From NCBI GenBank assembly GCA_964617215.1, contig CAZTVL010000004.1, positions 139,131 through 203,130 on the forward strand: a stretch of DNA of 64,000 nucleotides. The letters run 5' to 3'. The stretch comes from an uncultured Solibacteraceae bacterium (GTDB lineage: Bacteria; Acidobacteriota; Holophagae; Holophagales; Holophagaceae). Shown piece by piece: positions 45,452-55,712 of the stretch (positions are counted from its first letter, which is position 1; each line of letters starts with the position of its first letter). A program made the position numbers and the translations under genes. The notes beneath the pieces are model-generated. The model saw only the letters and a list, made by a program, of their open reading frames with translations, was not told the DNA's origin and made no database searches.

Positions 45452-46288
45452 ATGGACCACCCTTCGGGAGATCCCTCACAGACCCAACCCCGGATGCCCA
45501 GGCCCAGCCTGGAGGCACCGCTGCGGGGCAAGGCCGAGCCCTCCCCCCGGGACACCGCCGAGTACACCCTGGAGGAGATCCAGAGCCGGCTTGAGATGGG
45601 GCGCCTGCAGGTGATGGCCACGGAAGGGGGCAGCCGCCTCCAGATCACCCACGTGGCCGCCCCGGCCCAGGAGCGGCGCCACGAGGATCGCTCGACCCCG
45701 GAGCAGGGAGAGCGCCGCAGTTTCTCCCCCATGGCCATTCCCACCCTCTTCCCGGAACAGGGCCCCATCCTGCTGCTGGTGGTGGGCGGGCCCGCGGACG
45801 AAGTCACCCTCCGAGCCCCGGCCCCCTTCTGGCACGACGACAACGGCGGCGCCCTCATCTGGGTGGCCCTGGCCAAGGCCGGCCTCATCCACCGCAAGGA
45901 TGCCGCGGCCTTCGCCCTGGGTCAGGGCGGATTTTGGGAATTGGATCCCCCCCGCACCCAGGGCGTGTCCATGACCTACGCGGGATTCTCCCGGCGGGGG
46001 GAGGTGGTGGATTTCGACGCCATGATCAAGGCCTGGAACCAGAACCGTCTGCAGACCCTCGTGCAGGAAGCCACCGCGCGCAGCATGGGCCGCCTCAAGG
46101 TGGTCACCCTGGGTGAAGCCGCCCGTTTCATGATGAGCGCCATCATGTACGGCATGGAGGGCGTGCCCATCCTCAGCCTCCCGGAGCCCAGCCGCGATCG
46201 CCTCAGCAAGGTGAATGTCGGCCATCAAACCAGCGAGGAATACTGGGTGGATTGGGCGTCGGATCTCTTCGCCGTCGGCAGGAGCTGA
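45452..46288 (+). CDS. uncharacterised protein, UDG-superfamily-like C-terminal domain (paralogue A)
   Basis: The ATG at 45452 is preceded by GGAGG. 278 aa. Motif order is ILLLVVGGPADE, PFWHDDNGGALIWVALAKAGL, MTYAGF, RLKVVTLGEAARF, LSLPEPS. It is a paralogue of the next gene. Confidence 0.7.
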   Translation: MDHPSGDPSQTQPRMPRPSLEAPLRGKAEPSPRDTAEYTLEEIQSRLEMGRLQVMATEGGSRLQITHVAAPAQERRHEDRSTPEQGERRSFSPMAIPTLFPEQGPILLLVVGGPADEVTLRAPAPFWHDDNGGALIWVALAKAGLIHRKDAAAFALGQGGFWELDPPRTQGVSMTYAGFSRRGEVVDFDAMIKAWNQNRLQTLVQEATARSMGRLKVVTLGEAARFMMSAIMYGMEGVPILSLPEPSRDRLSKVNVGHQTSEEYWVDWASDLFAVGRS

Positions 46289-46291
46289 ACC

Positions 46292-47059
46292 ATGGAGGGT
46301 CGCCGCCGCAGGGAGCCCGACTCCCGCGATACCGCCGAATTCGCGTACGAGGAGATCCTCGAACGCTTGGAGCTGGGCCGCCTGATCATCCAGGCCACGG
46401 AACAGGGTTCCCGCCTCGCCACCGTCCACAGCGCCACGCCCGAGGCGGATCGCCGCGGTTCCGAGGGCGAAGGGAACCACCCGGAGCGCCGCTCCTTCGT
46501 TCCCATCGACCTGCCAACCCGCTTCCCGGAATCAGGCCCCATCCACCTCCTGCTGGTAGGCGGCTTCGCCGACGATGCCGCCCTCCGGCGCCCCGTTCCC
46601 TACTGGGAGGATGATCAAGGTGGCGCCAGCCTCGTGTGGCAGGCCCTCTACCGATCCGGGCTGATCCATCCCGATGACCGCGACTTCGCCATGGGCCAGG
46701 GCGGCTTCTGGGATGACCGCCCCCCGAGGACCCAGGACATTGCCCTCACCTATGCCGGTTACCGCCGGCGGCGCGAGGTGGCCGACATCGATCGCGTGCT
46801 GCATCCCTGGAACCAGCAGCGCCTCCAGACCCTGGCCCTGGCCTGCCATGAGCGCTCTGGCGGCCGCTTGAAGATCATCGCCCTCGGCGACGTGGCCCGC
46901 CACCTCATGTGCACCGCTTCCTACGGCGTGCCTGGCATCGCCGTGCTCTCCCTGCCCGAGCCCAATGCGGAGGAATTGGCGGAGATGCACACCCAGGGGC
47001 CCGCCGCCGAGAAGTGGGTGGATTGGGCCGCGAGCCTGCTGGCCGTGGCCCGGGGCTGA
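46292..47059 (+). CDS. uncharacterised protein, UDG-superfamily-like C-terminal domain (paralogue B)
   Basis: 255 aa, with AGGAG upstream. Motif order is IHLLLVGGFADD, PYWEDDQGGASLVWQALYRSGL, LTYAGY, RLKIIALGDVARH, LSLPEPN. It shares the N-terminal module DTAEFxxEEILERLELGRL. Confidence 0.7.
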   Translation: MEGRRRREPDSRDTAEFAYEEILERLELGRLIIQATEQGSRLATVHSATPEADRRGSEGEGNHPERRSFVPIDLPTRFPESGPIHLLLVGGFADDAALRRPVPYWEDDQGGASLVWQALYRSGLIHPDDRDFAMGQGGFWDDRPPRTQDIALTYAGYRRRREVADIDRVLHPWNQQRLQTLALACHERSGGRLKIIALGDVARHLMCTASYGVPGIAVLSLPEPNAEELAEMHTQGPAAEKWVDWAASLLAVARG

Positions 47060-47068
47060 AACCGGGGC

Positions 47069-47989
47069 TCACACGGCGGCGTAGATCTCCATCACCTGGT
47101 GCAGCAGGGCGATGGCCTCATGCTTCGGCCGTTGGAAGGCGTTGCGTCCCAGGATGGAGCCGAAAGCGCCGCCCCTGGCCAACTCGCCCACTTCCTCCAG
47201 CACCGCGCTCGCCTCCTTCGCCTCGCCTCCGCTGAAGATCACGATGCGGCGGCCATTGAAGGCGGAGCGCACCACTTCCCGAACCCGATCGGCCAGGGTG
47301 TCGATGGCGATGTTGGCCTTGTCGAAGGCCGCTGCGGCTTCCTTTACTTCGAGGTGCTTCTTGGGCGGTTTCACCTTGATGATGTGGGCCCCCAGCTGGG
47401 CCGCGATCTGCGCGGCATAGCCCGCCACATCCACCGCCGTCTCGCCCTCCTTGCTGAGCCCGGCTCCCCGAGGATAGCTCCACACCACTGTGGGCAGCCC
47501 CACGGCCTTCGCCTCCAAAATGAGTTCCCGCAGGTTTTCGTACTGCAGGTTCCGCTCCCCGGAGCCGGGATAGATCGTGTAGCCGATGGCCGTGCAGCCC
47601 AGGCGCAGCGCGTCTTCCACGCTGCCGGTGATGGCCGAGCAGGGCTCGTGTCCTTTGCTGAGGACGTCCGAATTGTTGAGCTTCAGGATGAGGGGGATCT
47701 CCCCCGCGAAATCCGAGGCCACGTGTTCGATGAAGCCCAGCGGGGCGGCGTAGGCATTGCAGCCCGCATCGATGGCCAACTCGATGTGGTAGCGCGGGTC
47801 GTAGCCCGCCGGGTTGGGCGCGAAGCTGCGCGCCGGCCCATGCTCGAAGCCCTGATCCACCGGCAGGATCACGAAGCGCCCCGTGCCCGCCAGGCGGCCA
47901 TGGTTCATCATCCGGGCCAGGTTCGCCTTCACCCCGGGGTTCTCCGAGGCATACCAGGAGAGGATTTCATTCACACGGGTGGTGGCCAT
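47069..47989 (-). CDS. fbaB: class I fructose-bisphosphate aldolase (DhnA/FbaB type)
   Basis: Only the last 306 codons of ORF 47069..48838 look genuine (MATTRVNEILSW). ILPVDQGFEHGP and IIKVKPP (Schiff-base Lys region) match the FbaB family. Confidence 0.8.
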   Translation of the reverse strand: MATTRVNEILSWYASENPGVKANLARMMNHGRLAGTGRFVILPVDQGFEHGPARSFAPNPAGYDPRYHIELAIDAGCNAYAAPLGFIEHVASDFAGEIPLILKLNNSDVLSKGHEPCSAITGSVEDALRLGCTAIGYTIYPGSGERNLQYENLRELILEAKAVGLPTVVWSYPRGAGLSKEGETAVDVAGYAAQIAAQLGAHIIKVKPPKKHLEVKEAAAAFDKANIAIDTLADRVREVVRSAFNGRRIVIFSGGEAKEASAVLEEVGELARGGAFGSILGRNAFQRPKHEAIALLHQVMEIYAAV

Positions 47990-48115
47990 AAGGACTCCCG
48001 GGATGCGATGCCCCATCAGACTCCCGCGCTTCAGGGCCCGCAAGGGGAAACCTCGGGTCCACGCACCGCGGAAATGGCGAGCGAAAGCTCCGCTAAACTG
48101 CCCATCGGAGCACCC

Positions 48116-48625
48116 ATGGCATCCCCCCATCCGCTTGTGACCGTCCGTGAAGGCCAGGCCGCCGACATTCCCGAGATCGTGCGCGTGACCAACCTCGCCT
48201 ATGCGGTGGAGGCCTTCTGCATCCAAGGCCTGCGGACGGATGAAGGCGACGTCACCGATCGCATGGCGGCGGGCGCCTTCCTCGTGGTGGATGACCCCGC
48301 GCGCCCCGGTCACCTCATGGGCCTCGTCTACCTCTCCCTCAGCCCCGACCGCGGCTACCTCGGCACCCTGGCCGTGGATCCGGGCCACCAGGGCTCGGGC
48401 CTCGCTCGCCGGCTCGTGGAGGCCGTCGAAGACCGCTGCCGCCAGGCCTGCGTGCGCTTCCTCGACCTCACGGTGGTGAACCTCCGCAAGGAGCTCTTCC
48501 CCTTCTACCGGAAGCTCGGCTTCGCCCCCATGGGCGTCATCCCCTTCCCCCGACCTGCGGTGCTCATCCTGCCCTGCCACCTGGTACAGATGACCAAGGC
48601 GCTGGTGGCGGACGAATCGCTCTAG
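48116..48625 (+). CDS. GNAT family N-acetyltransferase
   Basis: 169 aa from the ATG at 48116. LAVDPGHQGSGLARRLVEAVE is the acetyl-CoA binding motif A. Confidence 0.8.
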   Translation: MASPHPLVTVREGQAADIPEIVRVTNLAYAVEAFCIQGLRTDEGDVTDRMAAGAFLVVDDPARPGHLMGLVYLSLSPDRGYLGTLAVDPGHQGSGLARRLVEAVEDRCRQACVRFLDLTVVNLRKELFPFYRKLGFAPMGVIPFPRPAVLILPCHLVQMTKALVADESL

Positions 48626-48626
48626 T

Positions 48627-49646
48627 TCAGTCGCCGAGGAAGGTCCACGCCACGATGCGGCTCTTCTTCTGGCCCTGGGCCATGTCGATGATGCGGGTCT
48701 CACGGACCTTGGCCAGGTGGAGGGCTTTGGTGACGGCGCCGAGGTTGGAGGATTTGGAGAGGAGGGCCGTGAACCAGCGGCAGGCGTCGGGCATGCGGGC
48801 GCTCTCTTCCACCATGCGACGGACGAAGGCGGCTTCACCTCCGGGGCACCAGAGTTCCGAGCCTTGGCCGCCGAAATTCAGCACCGGGGCCCCGTCCTCC
48901 TCGTCCCGGCCGAGGTTCCGCCATTTGCGTTCGCTGCCTTCGCGCGCCTCCGCGGCGGAGGCGTGGAAGGGTGGATTGCACATGCAAAGGTGGAAGCGTT
49001 CCCCGGGCTTCACTAGGCCTTCGAAGATCCGCTTCGGGTCCATCTGGCGGCGCAGCTCGATGACCGGAGGCAGGTCGGCGTTGGCGGCGAGGATCCGCCG
49101 GGCCGCGGCGAGGGCGCGGGCATCGATGTCGGAGCCCACGAAGGACCACCCGTATTCCCGATGGCCGAGGAGGGGATAGACGAGGTTGGCGCCGGTGCCG
49201 ATGTCCAGCACGCGAACCTTCGGCCCCTTCTTGAGTTTGCCCTCCCGTTCGCTGGCCAGCAGATCGGCCAGGTGATGCAGGTAGTCCGCGCGGCCGGGAA
49301 TGGGCGGGCAGAGGTAGCCCGGGGGCAGATCCCAACCCTCCACGTGATAGACCGCCTTCAGCAGGGCCCGATTCAACAGTTTCACGGCGGTGGGATCGGC
49401 GAAATCGAGGGTGCGGTCTCCGCGGGGGCTGGTGATGACGAAGCGGCCCAGCTCCGGGCAGGCCGCCACCAGGACCTGAAAGTCATAGCGATCCCGATGG
49501 CGATTGCGGGGATGCAGGCCCGGTTTGGGTTCGGCGGTAGACTTCGCCTTCGCGTCAGGGCGCCCCTTGGGTGCGTGCGCCGTGCGGGGGGACTTCGGGC
49601 GTCCTGTCTCAGGGGGATGGGCCACCCGCGTTCCTTCCTCGGTCAT
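48627..49646 (-). CDS. rlmF: 23S rRNA (adenine1618-N6)-methyltransferase
   Basis: From the ATG at 49646. [43 protein letters not shown] and MCNPPFH (NPPF motif) are present. The N-terminal basic extension makes the start uncertain. Confidence 0.8.
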   Translation of the reverse strand: MTEEGTRVAHPPETGRPKSPRTAHAPKGRPDAKAKSTAEPKPGLHPRNRHRDRYDFQVLVAACPELGRFVITSPRGDRTLDFADPTAVKLLNRALLKAVYHVEGWDLPPGYLCPPIPGRADYLHHLADLLASEREGKLKKGPKVRVLDIGTGANLVYPLLGHREYGWSFVGSDIDARALAAARRILAANADLPPVIELRRQMDPKRIFEGLVKPGERFHLCMCNPPFHASAAEAREGSERKWRNLGRDEEDGAPVLNFGGQGSELWCPGGEAAFVRRMVEESARMPDACRWFTALLSKSSNLGAVTKALHLAKVRETRIIDMAQGQKKSRIVAWTFLGD

Positions 49647-49724
49647 CCCAGGGGGGATGGCCCAGTTTCCCACACCCGGGAGCCTTGGTTTGCTCCGCCC
49701 CGCCCAAAGCCCCACCCTGGAGTC

Positions 49725-50297
49725 ATGACCCTTCGCATCCTCGCCCTCTCGGGAAGCCTTCGCCCCTCCTCCTCCAACAGCGCCCTGCTCCGGGCCGCGG
49801 CGGCCAAGGCCCCGGAAGGGGTGACCTTCGACTTCTACGAAGGCCTGGGCACCCTGCCCCCCTTTGATCCGAGCCTGGAACTGGATCCCGTCGAATACCA
49901 GGCCCCTGCCGCCGTGGTGGATCTGCGTGATCGCATCGCCGCCGCCGATGCCCTGCTCATCTGTACCCCCGAATACGCCTTTGGCATGCCCGGCGTGTTG
50001 AAGAACGCCCTGGATTGGACCGTGTCCATGAGCGTCCTGGAAGGCAAGCCCGTGGCCGCCTGGGCTGCCTCGCCCATGGGCAACGGCCCCTTCGGAATAG
50101 GCGGTTCTCGGGCCCATCAAGGCCTGGTGTGGGTGCTGACCGCCCTGGGCACCCGCTACGTGGAGGAGGCTGCCCTGATCCTCCCCCTGATTCGCACCAA
50201 GATGGACGCCGGTGGGTTCATCACCGATCCCGCCACGGACAAGGCCGTGGATGACAGCCTCTTCGCGCTGCTCCAAGCGGTCACCGCCCACCGATGA
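49725..50297 (+). CDS. NADPH-dependent FMN reductase family protein
   Basis: 190 aa. [21 protein letters not shown] and [20 protein letters not shown] are family signatures. Confidence 0.8.
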   Translation: MTLRILALSGSLRPSSSNSALLRAAAAKAPEGVTFDFYEGLGTLPPFDPSLELDPVEYQAPAAVVDLRDRIAAADALLICTPEYAFGMPGVLKNALDWTVSMSVLEGKPVAAWAASPMGNGPFGIGGSRAHQGLVWVLTALGTRYVEEAALILPLIRTKMDAGGFITDPATDKAVDDSLFALLQAVTAHR

Positions 50298-50331
50298 TCC
50301 CTGCCTCACGCCGCCACTCCGAGTCCCAGCC

Positions 50332-50970
50332 GTGAATCCACGGCCGCGCGCATTACTGATCCACGGCATGGGGCGCACGCCGCTCTCCATGGCCTTCCTC
50401 GGCATTCGCTTGGCGAAGGCCGGAATTCCGGTGGTCCAATTCGGTTATTCGGCCGCTGTGGAAACCCACGCCCACTGCCTGGATCGCTTGGAGGCCCGGA
50501 TCCGGGAAGCCTTCCCCGAGGGCGAGTACATCCTGGTAGGCCATTCCCTCGGCACGGTACTCATCCGGTCTGTGCTCCCTCGCCTGACGGAGCGGCCTCC
50601 CACGGCCTGCTTCTTTCTCGCCCCACCCAGCCGGTCGCCCCGATTGGCCCGGCGCCTGGCTTCAAACCCCCTTTACCGGGCTTTGACGGGGGAGATGGGG
50701 CAACGCCTGGCCGATCCAACGTTCATGGATGCGCTGCCGCCCCCTACCGTGCCCGTCACCGTGTTTGCTGGGGATGGCGGTTATCAGGGGCGGTTCTCTC
50801 CGTTCCGCGCCGAGCCCAATGATGGGATCGTCTCGGTTTCGGAGGCCCAGATCCCCGGCGAGAGGCCCGTGGTGCGCATTCCGGTGCTGCACTCCTTCAT
50901 CATGAATTCCAAGGTTGTGGCGGATGAAATCATCCGAAGGACCACCTCCCTCCCCGAGGTTCCCCGATGA
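50332..50970 (+). CDS. alpha/beta hydrolase
   Basis: Probable GTG start ([14 protein letters not shown]). It has the nucleophile elbow GHSLG. About 212 aa. Confidence 0.7.
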   Translation: MNPRPRALLIHGMGRTPLSMAFLGIRLAKAGIPVVQFGYSAAVETHAHCLDRLEARIREAFPEGEYILVGHSLGTVLIRSVLPRLTERPPTACFFLAPPSRSPRLARRLASNPLYRALTGEMGQRLADPTFMDALPPPTVPVTVFAGDGGYQGRFSPFRAEPNDGIVSVSEAQIPGERPVVRIPVLHSFIMNSKVVADEIIRRTTSLPEVPR

Positions 50971-51449
50971 TCCGCCTCTTCGTCGATGCCGACGCCTGCC
51001 CCGTAAAGGATGAGACGTACCGGGTGGCCGAACGCTATGCCCTGCCGGTGTTCGTGGTGGCCAACACCCGCTTGAACGTGCCCCGCAATCCCCGGATCGA
51101 GCTGAAGGTGGTGACGGGGCGATTCGATGCCGCCGACGACTGGATCGTGGAGAACATCACCGGGGAAGATATCGCCATCACCTCCGATATCCCCCTGGCG
51201 GCCCGGTGCCTGGAAAAGGGCGCCCGGGTCATCGATGCGCGAGGTCGGGAGTTCACGCCGGATTCCATCGGCGACGCCCTAGCCTCCCGGGAGTTCAGCG
51301 CCTTCCTGCGGGACATGGGCGAGATCGGCGGCGGACCCGCGCCCTTCAGCCCCCGGGATCGCTCCACCTACCTGGGCACCCTGGACAAGGTGATCCAGGC
51401 GCTTCTGAAGGTCCAACGGAGCAAGGAAACCCCAGGCTCAGCCCGGTAG
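50967..51449 (+). CDS. YaiI/YqxD (UPF0178) family protein
   Basis: 160-aa [27 protein letters not shown] is the family N-terminal signature. There is an ATGA overlap with the upstream gene. Confidence 0.8.
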   Translation: MIRLFVDADACPVKDETYRVAERYALPVFVVANTRLNVPRNPRIELKVVTGRFDAADDWIVENITGEDIAITSDIPLAARCLEKGARVIDARGREFTPDSIGDALASREFSAFLRDMGEIGGGPAPFSPRDRSTYLGTLDKVIQALLKVQRSKETPGSAR

Positions 51450-51454
51450 GCCGA

Positions 51455-51709
51455 GGGCCTGTTCACGCAAAACCTTGCCATTTGTTGGCCCCTATTCGCG
51501 CCATCCAGCAAGGAGAGCCGCGCGGCGCGATGCGGTGACATCGTGCAAGCGGCTCGACATGGCTGGGGGCGCGAAGAGGGACCAACCCCTCCCGCTATTG
51601 AAGGCCCCGCTGGGGCCTTCTCCCGATCAGCCCTTGGGCTGATCGGAGCGGGGAACCGGGCGAGGGGCGGCGGCTGTCGCAAATGGCGAGGTTTTGCGTG
51701 AGCAGGCCC
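51455..51709 (+). repeat. 255-bp element closed by 30-nt inverted repeats (structured RNA or MITE-like)
   Basis: GGGCCTGTTCACGCAAAACCTTGCCATTTG (51455-51484) matches CAAATGGCGAGGTTTTGCGTGAGCAGGCCC (51680-51709) at 28/30 positions. Both mismatches are G-U compatible on the + strand. Two perfect internal hairpins lie at 51600-51620 and 51623-51646. Confidence 0.7.
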
Positions 51710-51739
51710 TAGACTGAAGGGCGTGTCCCGGAGCCCTTC

Positions 51740-51949
51740 ATGGTCGAAACCATTTCAGCTGTCCGCCTGAGCCTCCTGCAGCTCGTGGCCAAGCATCCGG
51801 ATGTGAGCCGAGAGAAGCTCCTCACCATCAAGGGCATCACGGACGCCGACCTGAATTACCTGCTGCAGAACGACATGATCCGGGAACGCGAAGTTGGGAA
51901 GTACCGAGTGGCCCACTTCGGCGAGCTGGTCATCAAGCGGGGCGTGTGA
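51740..51949 (+). CDS. small winged-helix-like protein
   Basis: 69-aa ORF. LSLLQLVAKHPDVSREKLLTIKGITDADLNYLLQNDMIREREVGKYRV has a wHTH-like pattern. There is an ATGA overlap with the MscS-family gene. Confidence 0.5.
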   Translation: MVETISAVRLSLLQLVAKHPDVSREKLLTIKGITDADLNYLLQNDMIREREVGKYRVAHFGELVIKRGV

Positions 51950-53769
51950 TGAAGGGGAAGGACTGGCTTCCGGCCCTCCTGCTGAGCCTCCTCGTGGGCG
52001 GCGCCATCACGGGGATGATGCTGACCCGGGAACCCGCTGCCAACGCCGATCCCGCCGCCGCGCCCAAGGGCGCCAAGCGGAAGGGCGTCCCCCAGGTCCG
52101 TACCCGCACCATCGACGAGCGCCCCCTCACCACCGCCCGGGGCCTGGCTCCCCTCGCCACGACCCCTGAAGAACAGGTCTTCCAGCGCCAAGCCGAGCGC
52201 CTGGGCAACCACTCCGTGGACTTGGCCTTCAGCGATGCCATCCGCACCGCGTTGGAAACACCTCCGGCCCTGAGCCCCGAGGCCAAGGAACTGGAAAAGG
52301 CCCAGAAGCAGGCCGAAGAGGAAGTCGAGGCCGATCAGGCGCTCCTCAAAAAGCTCACCCAGCAGCTGGCCAAAGCGACCCCGGCCCAGAAAGAGGCCCT
52401 GGAGGACCAGCTGGAGGTGGCCCGGGCCCAGCTCGTGCTCAACCAGGATGAATTGGACGAGGCCAGCGAGGATCTCGAAGCCGCGGGGGGCGATCCCCAG
52501 GCCAAGATCCGCCGGCTCAAGGCCGCCCACGATGCGGCGGACAAAGAGGTGCCCTCCCTCGCCCCGGTGAGCGTGGCCCCTTGGAAGAAGCCCACCGGAA
52601 GCATGATTGAACGATCCCGTGCGTGGCTCGCCCTCCACCGGAAACTGGCCCGCCTGGATCAGGCCCGACTGGAAGCGCAGGAGAAAGCGGACCGCCTCAG
52701 CAAGCGGAAGGCGGATTTCGCGAGCCGCGTCCAGCAGGGCAAGGAGGATCGGGAAATCGCCAAGGCCCTGGCGTGGGGCTTCGCTCACCAGGGAACGAAA
52801 GATCCTTCCGCCACCTCCAAGGAAGCCGCCAAGTCCACCCTCCTGGCCCTCAAGCGTTACACGAGCGACCAGCGCCGCCTGGCGGACTTCTCCAAGCGCG
52901 TCCAGGACGAGCAGGAGCTGGTGGAGGTCTATTCCGAGTGGGGCACCCTGGTGTGGAACCACCGGCGTTCAGCCCTGCATTCGATTCTGGAAGGGGTCCT
53001 CTGGATCCTGGGCATCGTGCTCGTCGCCCACCTGGGTGGTCGTTTGGTGAAGGCCCGAAGCGAGCAGAAGTCCGCCAAATCCAGCGGGGCCCTCCGCACC
53101 CTGCTGACCTTCTCCCTCTACGCCACGGCCGCCATCGCGATCATCTTCCTGATCGTCGGGATCCCGGCCCAAGCCTCCACGGTCTTCGGCCTGGCAGGCG
53201 CCGGCCTCACCGTGGCCATGAAGGACTTCATCGTGGCCTTCTTCGGCTGGTTCGTCCTCATCGGAAAGAACGGCATCCGCGTGGGCGACTGGGTGGAGAT
53301 CAAGGGCGTGGGCGGAGAAGTGGTGGAAGTGGGCATGCTGCGCACCATCCTGCTGGAGACGGGCAGCCTCAGCGACGCCGCCCATCCCACGGGCCGCCGC
53401 GTGGCCTTCGTGAACAGCTTCGCGGTGGAGGGCCACTTCTTCAACTTCACCACGTCGGGCCAGTGGATGTGGGACGAGTTGAAGGCCGTGATCCCCGCGG
53501 GCCAGGATCCCTATCCCATCATCGCGGGCATCCAGAAGCTCGTGGAGAACCAGACCCAGCGCAACGCCAAGGAAGCCGAAGCCGAGTGGCAGAGCGTCGC
53601 CAAGAAGTACAAGGTGCAGGCCTTCTCCACGGTGCCCGGCCTCCAGGTAAACCCCGTGGTCGGCGGAATCGAAGTGCGGGTCCGCTACATCACCCGCGCC
53701 TACGAAAGCCATGAAGCCCGCAAGACCCTGAACCAGGCCGTGCTCGATCTGCTTCACGGGAAAAGTTAG
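51946..53769 (+). CDS. mechanosensitive ion channel family protein (MscS domain, long coiled-coil N-terminal region)
   Basis: 607-aa ORF with an N-terminal TM, an Ala/Glu/Lys-rich periplasmic coiled coil, and three TMs. The MscS core is GDWVEIKGVGGEVVEVGMLRTILLETG. Confidence 0.8.
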   Translation: MMKGKDWLPALLLSLLVGGAITGMMLTREPAANADPAAAPKGAKRKGVPQVRTRTIDERPLTTARGLAPLATTPEEQVFQRQAERLGNHSVDLAFSDAIRTALETPPALSPEAKELEKAQKQAEEEVEADQALLKKLTQQLAKATPAQKEALEDQLEVARAQLVLNQDELDEASEDLEAAGGDPQAKIRRLKAAHDAADKEVPSLAPVSVAPWKKPTGSMIERSRAWLALHRKLARLDQARLEAQEKADRLSKRKADFASRVQQGKEDREIAKALAWGFAHQGTKDPSATSKEAAKSTLLALKRYTSDQRRLADFSKRVQDEQELVEVYSEWGTLVWNHRRSALHSILEGVLWILGIVLVAHLGGRLVKARSEQKSAKSSGALRTLLTFSLYATAAIAIIFLIVGIPAQASTVFGLAGAGLTVAMKDFIVAFFGWFVLIGKNGIRVGDWVEIKGVGGEVVEVGMLRTILLETGSLSDAAHPTGRRVAFVNSFAVEGHFFNFTTSGQWMWDELKAVIPAGQDPYPIIAGIQKLVENQTQRNAKEAEAEWQSVAKKYKVQAFSTVPGLQVNPVVGGIEVRVRYITRAYESHEARKTLNQAVLDLLHGKS

Positions 53770-53779
53770 CCCGCCTTAA

Positions 53780-53837
53780 AACAGGATAGACAGGATGAAG
53801 AACCGCTTTTCATCCTGTCTATCCTGTCCATCCTGTT
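53780..53837. repeat. palindrome between convergent mscS-family and fba genes
   Basis: AACAGGATAGACAGGATGAA pairs with TTCATCCTGTCTATCCTGTCCATCCTGTT. The arms are built of ACAGGAT units, and the right arm carries one extra unit. Confidence 0.8.
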
Positions 53838-53852
53838 AAATGACTCTTAGAT

Positions 53853-54881
<1,029 letters not shown>

Positions 54882-54955
54882 GACTCGCCTCACACAAAGA
54901 AGGTGCTAATTTCACCACGGGATGCGATATTTTACAAGCATCTAAGGAGCGACAC

Positions 54956-55597
54956 ATGGACCGGAAGGTGTGGATTGGAACAGGCGCTGGCCTCCTGGTG
55001 GGCTTCATCGTGGGCGCGGCCGTAGGCTCGAATCGCACGCCCGATGCTTCCCGCCTGGCCCCTCCCCCGGCGACCCCGGCCCCCGCGCCCCAATTCCCCC
55101 AGATGCCTCCTCAAGGGGACATGCCCGGCGCCATGCCAAGCGGCATGGGGGCCCCGGCACCCGACATGGCTCAGATGCAGCAGCGCATCCGGGTGGCCGA
55201 GGCCATGGTGGCGGCCGAGCCCAAGAATCTGCAGGCCTGGATCGCCCTGGGCAATGACTACTTCGATACCCGGCAGTTCCAGAAGGCGGTGGACGCCTAC
55301 GGCAAGGCGTTGACCCTGGATCCCAAGAATCCCGACGTCCTCACGGACCAGGGCGTGATGTACCGCGAGCTCAAGCAGTACAACAAGGCCATCGACAACT
55401 TTGAAAAGGCCAACAAGCTGAATCCCAAACACGCCCAGAGCCTGCACAACCTCGGCGTGATCTATTCCGAGGATATGCACCAACCCGAGCGCGCCATCAA
55501 GGTGTGGACGAAGATCGTCAACGACTTCCCCGGCACCCCCCAGGCCGAGAAGGCCCGGCAGGCCCTGGAAGGGCTCAAGGGACACAATCACCCCTGA
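54956..55597 (+). CDS. membrane-anchored TPR protein
   Basis: 213-aa ORF with an N-terminal TM (VWIGTGAGLLVGFIVGAAVG), a Pro-rich linker, and three to four TPR units (AWIALGNDYFDTRQFQKAVDAYGKALTLDPKN...). Confidence 0.7.
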   Translation: MDRKVWIGTGAGLLVGFIVGAAVGSNRTPDASRLAPPPATPAPAPQFPQMPPQGDMPGAMPSGMGAPAPDMAQMQQRIRVAEAMVAAEPKNLQAWIALGNDYFDTRQFQKAVDAYGKALTLDPKNPDVLTDQGVMYRELKQYNKAIDNFEKANKLNPKHAQSLHNLGVIYSEDMHQPERAIKVWTKIVNDFPGTPQAEKARQALEGLKGHNHP

Positions 55598-55603
55598 GGA
55601 CTC

Positions 55604-55701
55604 TAGGCTCTGGGCTATAGGCTCTAGCTGATTGCGACCCGTGGCTTCAGAACGGATGGGTCGCAACCAGCTAGAGCCGAAAGCCTATAGCCCATAGCCT
55701 A
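55604..55701. repeat. long imperfect palindrome between convergent TPR and mqn genes
   Basis: TAGGCTCTGGGCTATAGGCTCTAGCTGATTGCGACCC pairs with GGGTCGCAACCAGCTAGAGCCGAAAGCCTATAGCCCATAGCCTA. Confidence 0.8.
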
Positions 55702-55712
55702 AAGCCGGTGGC

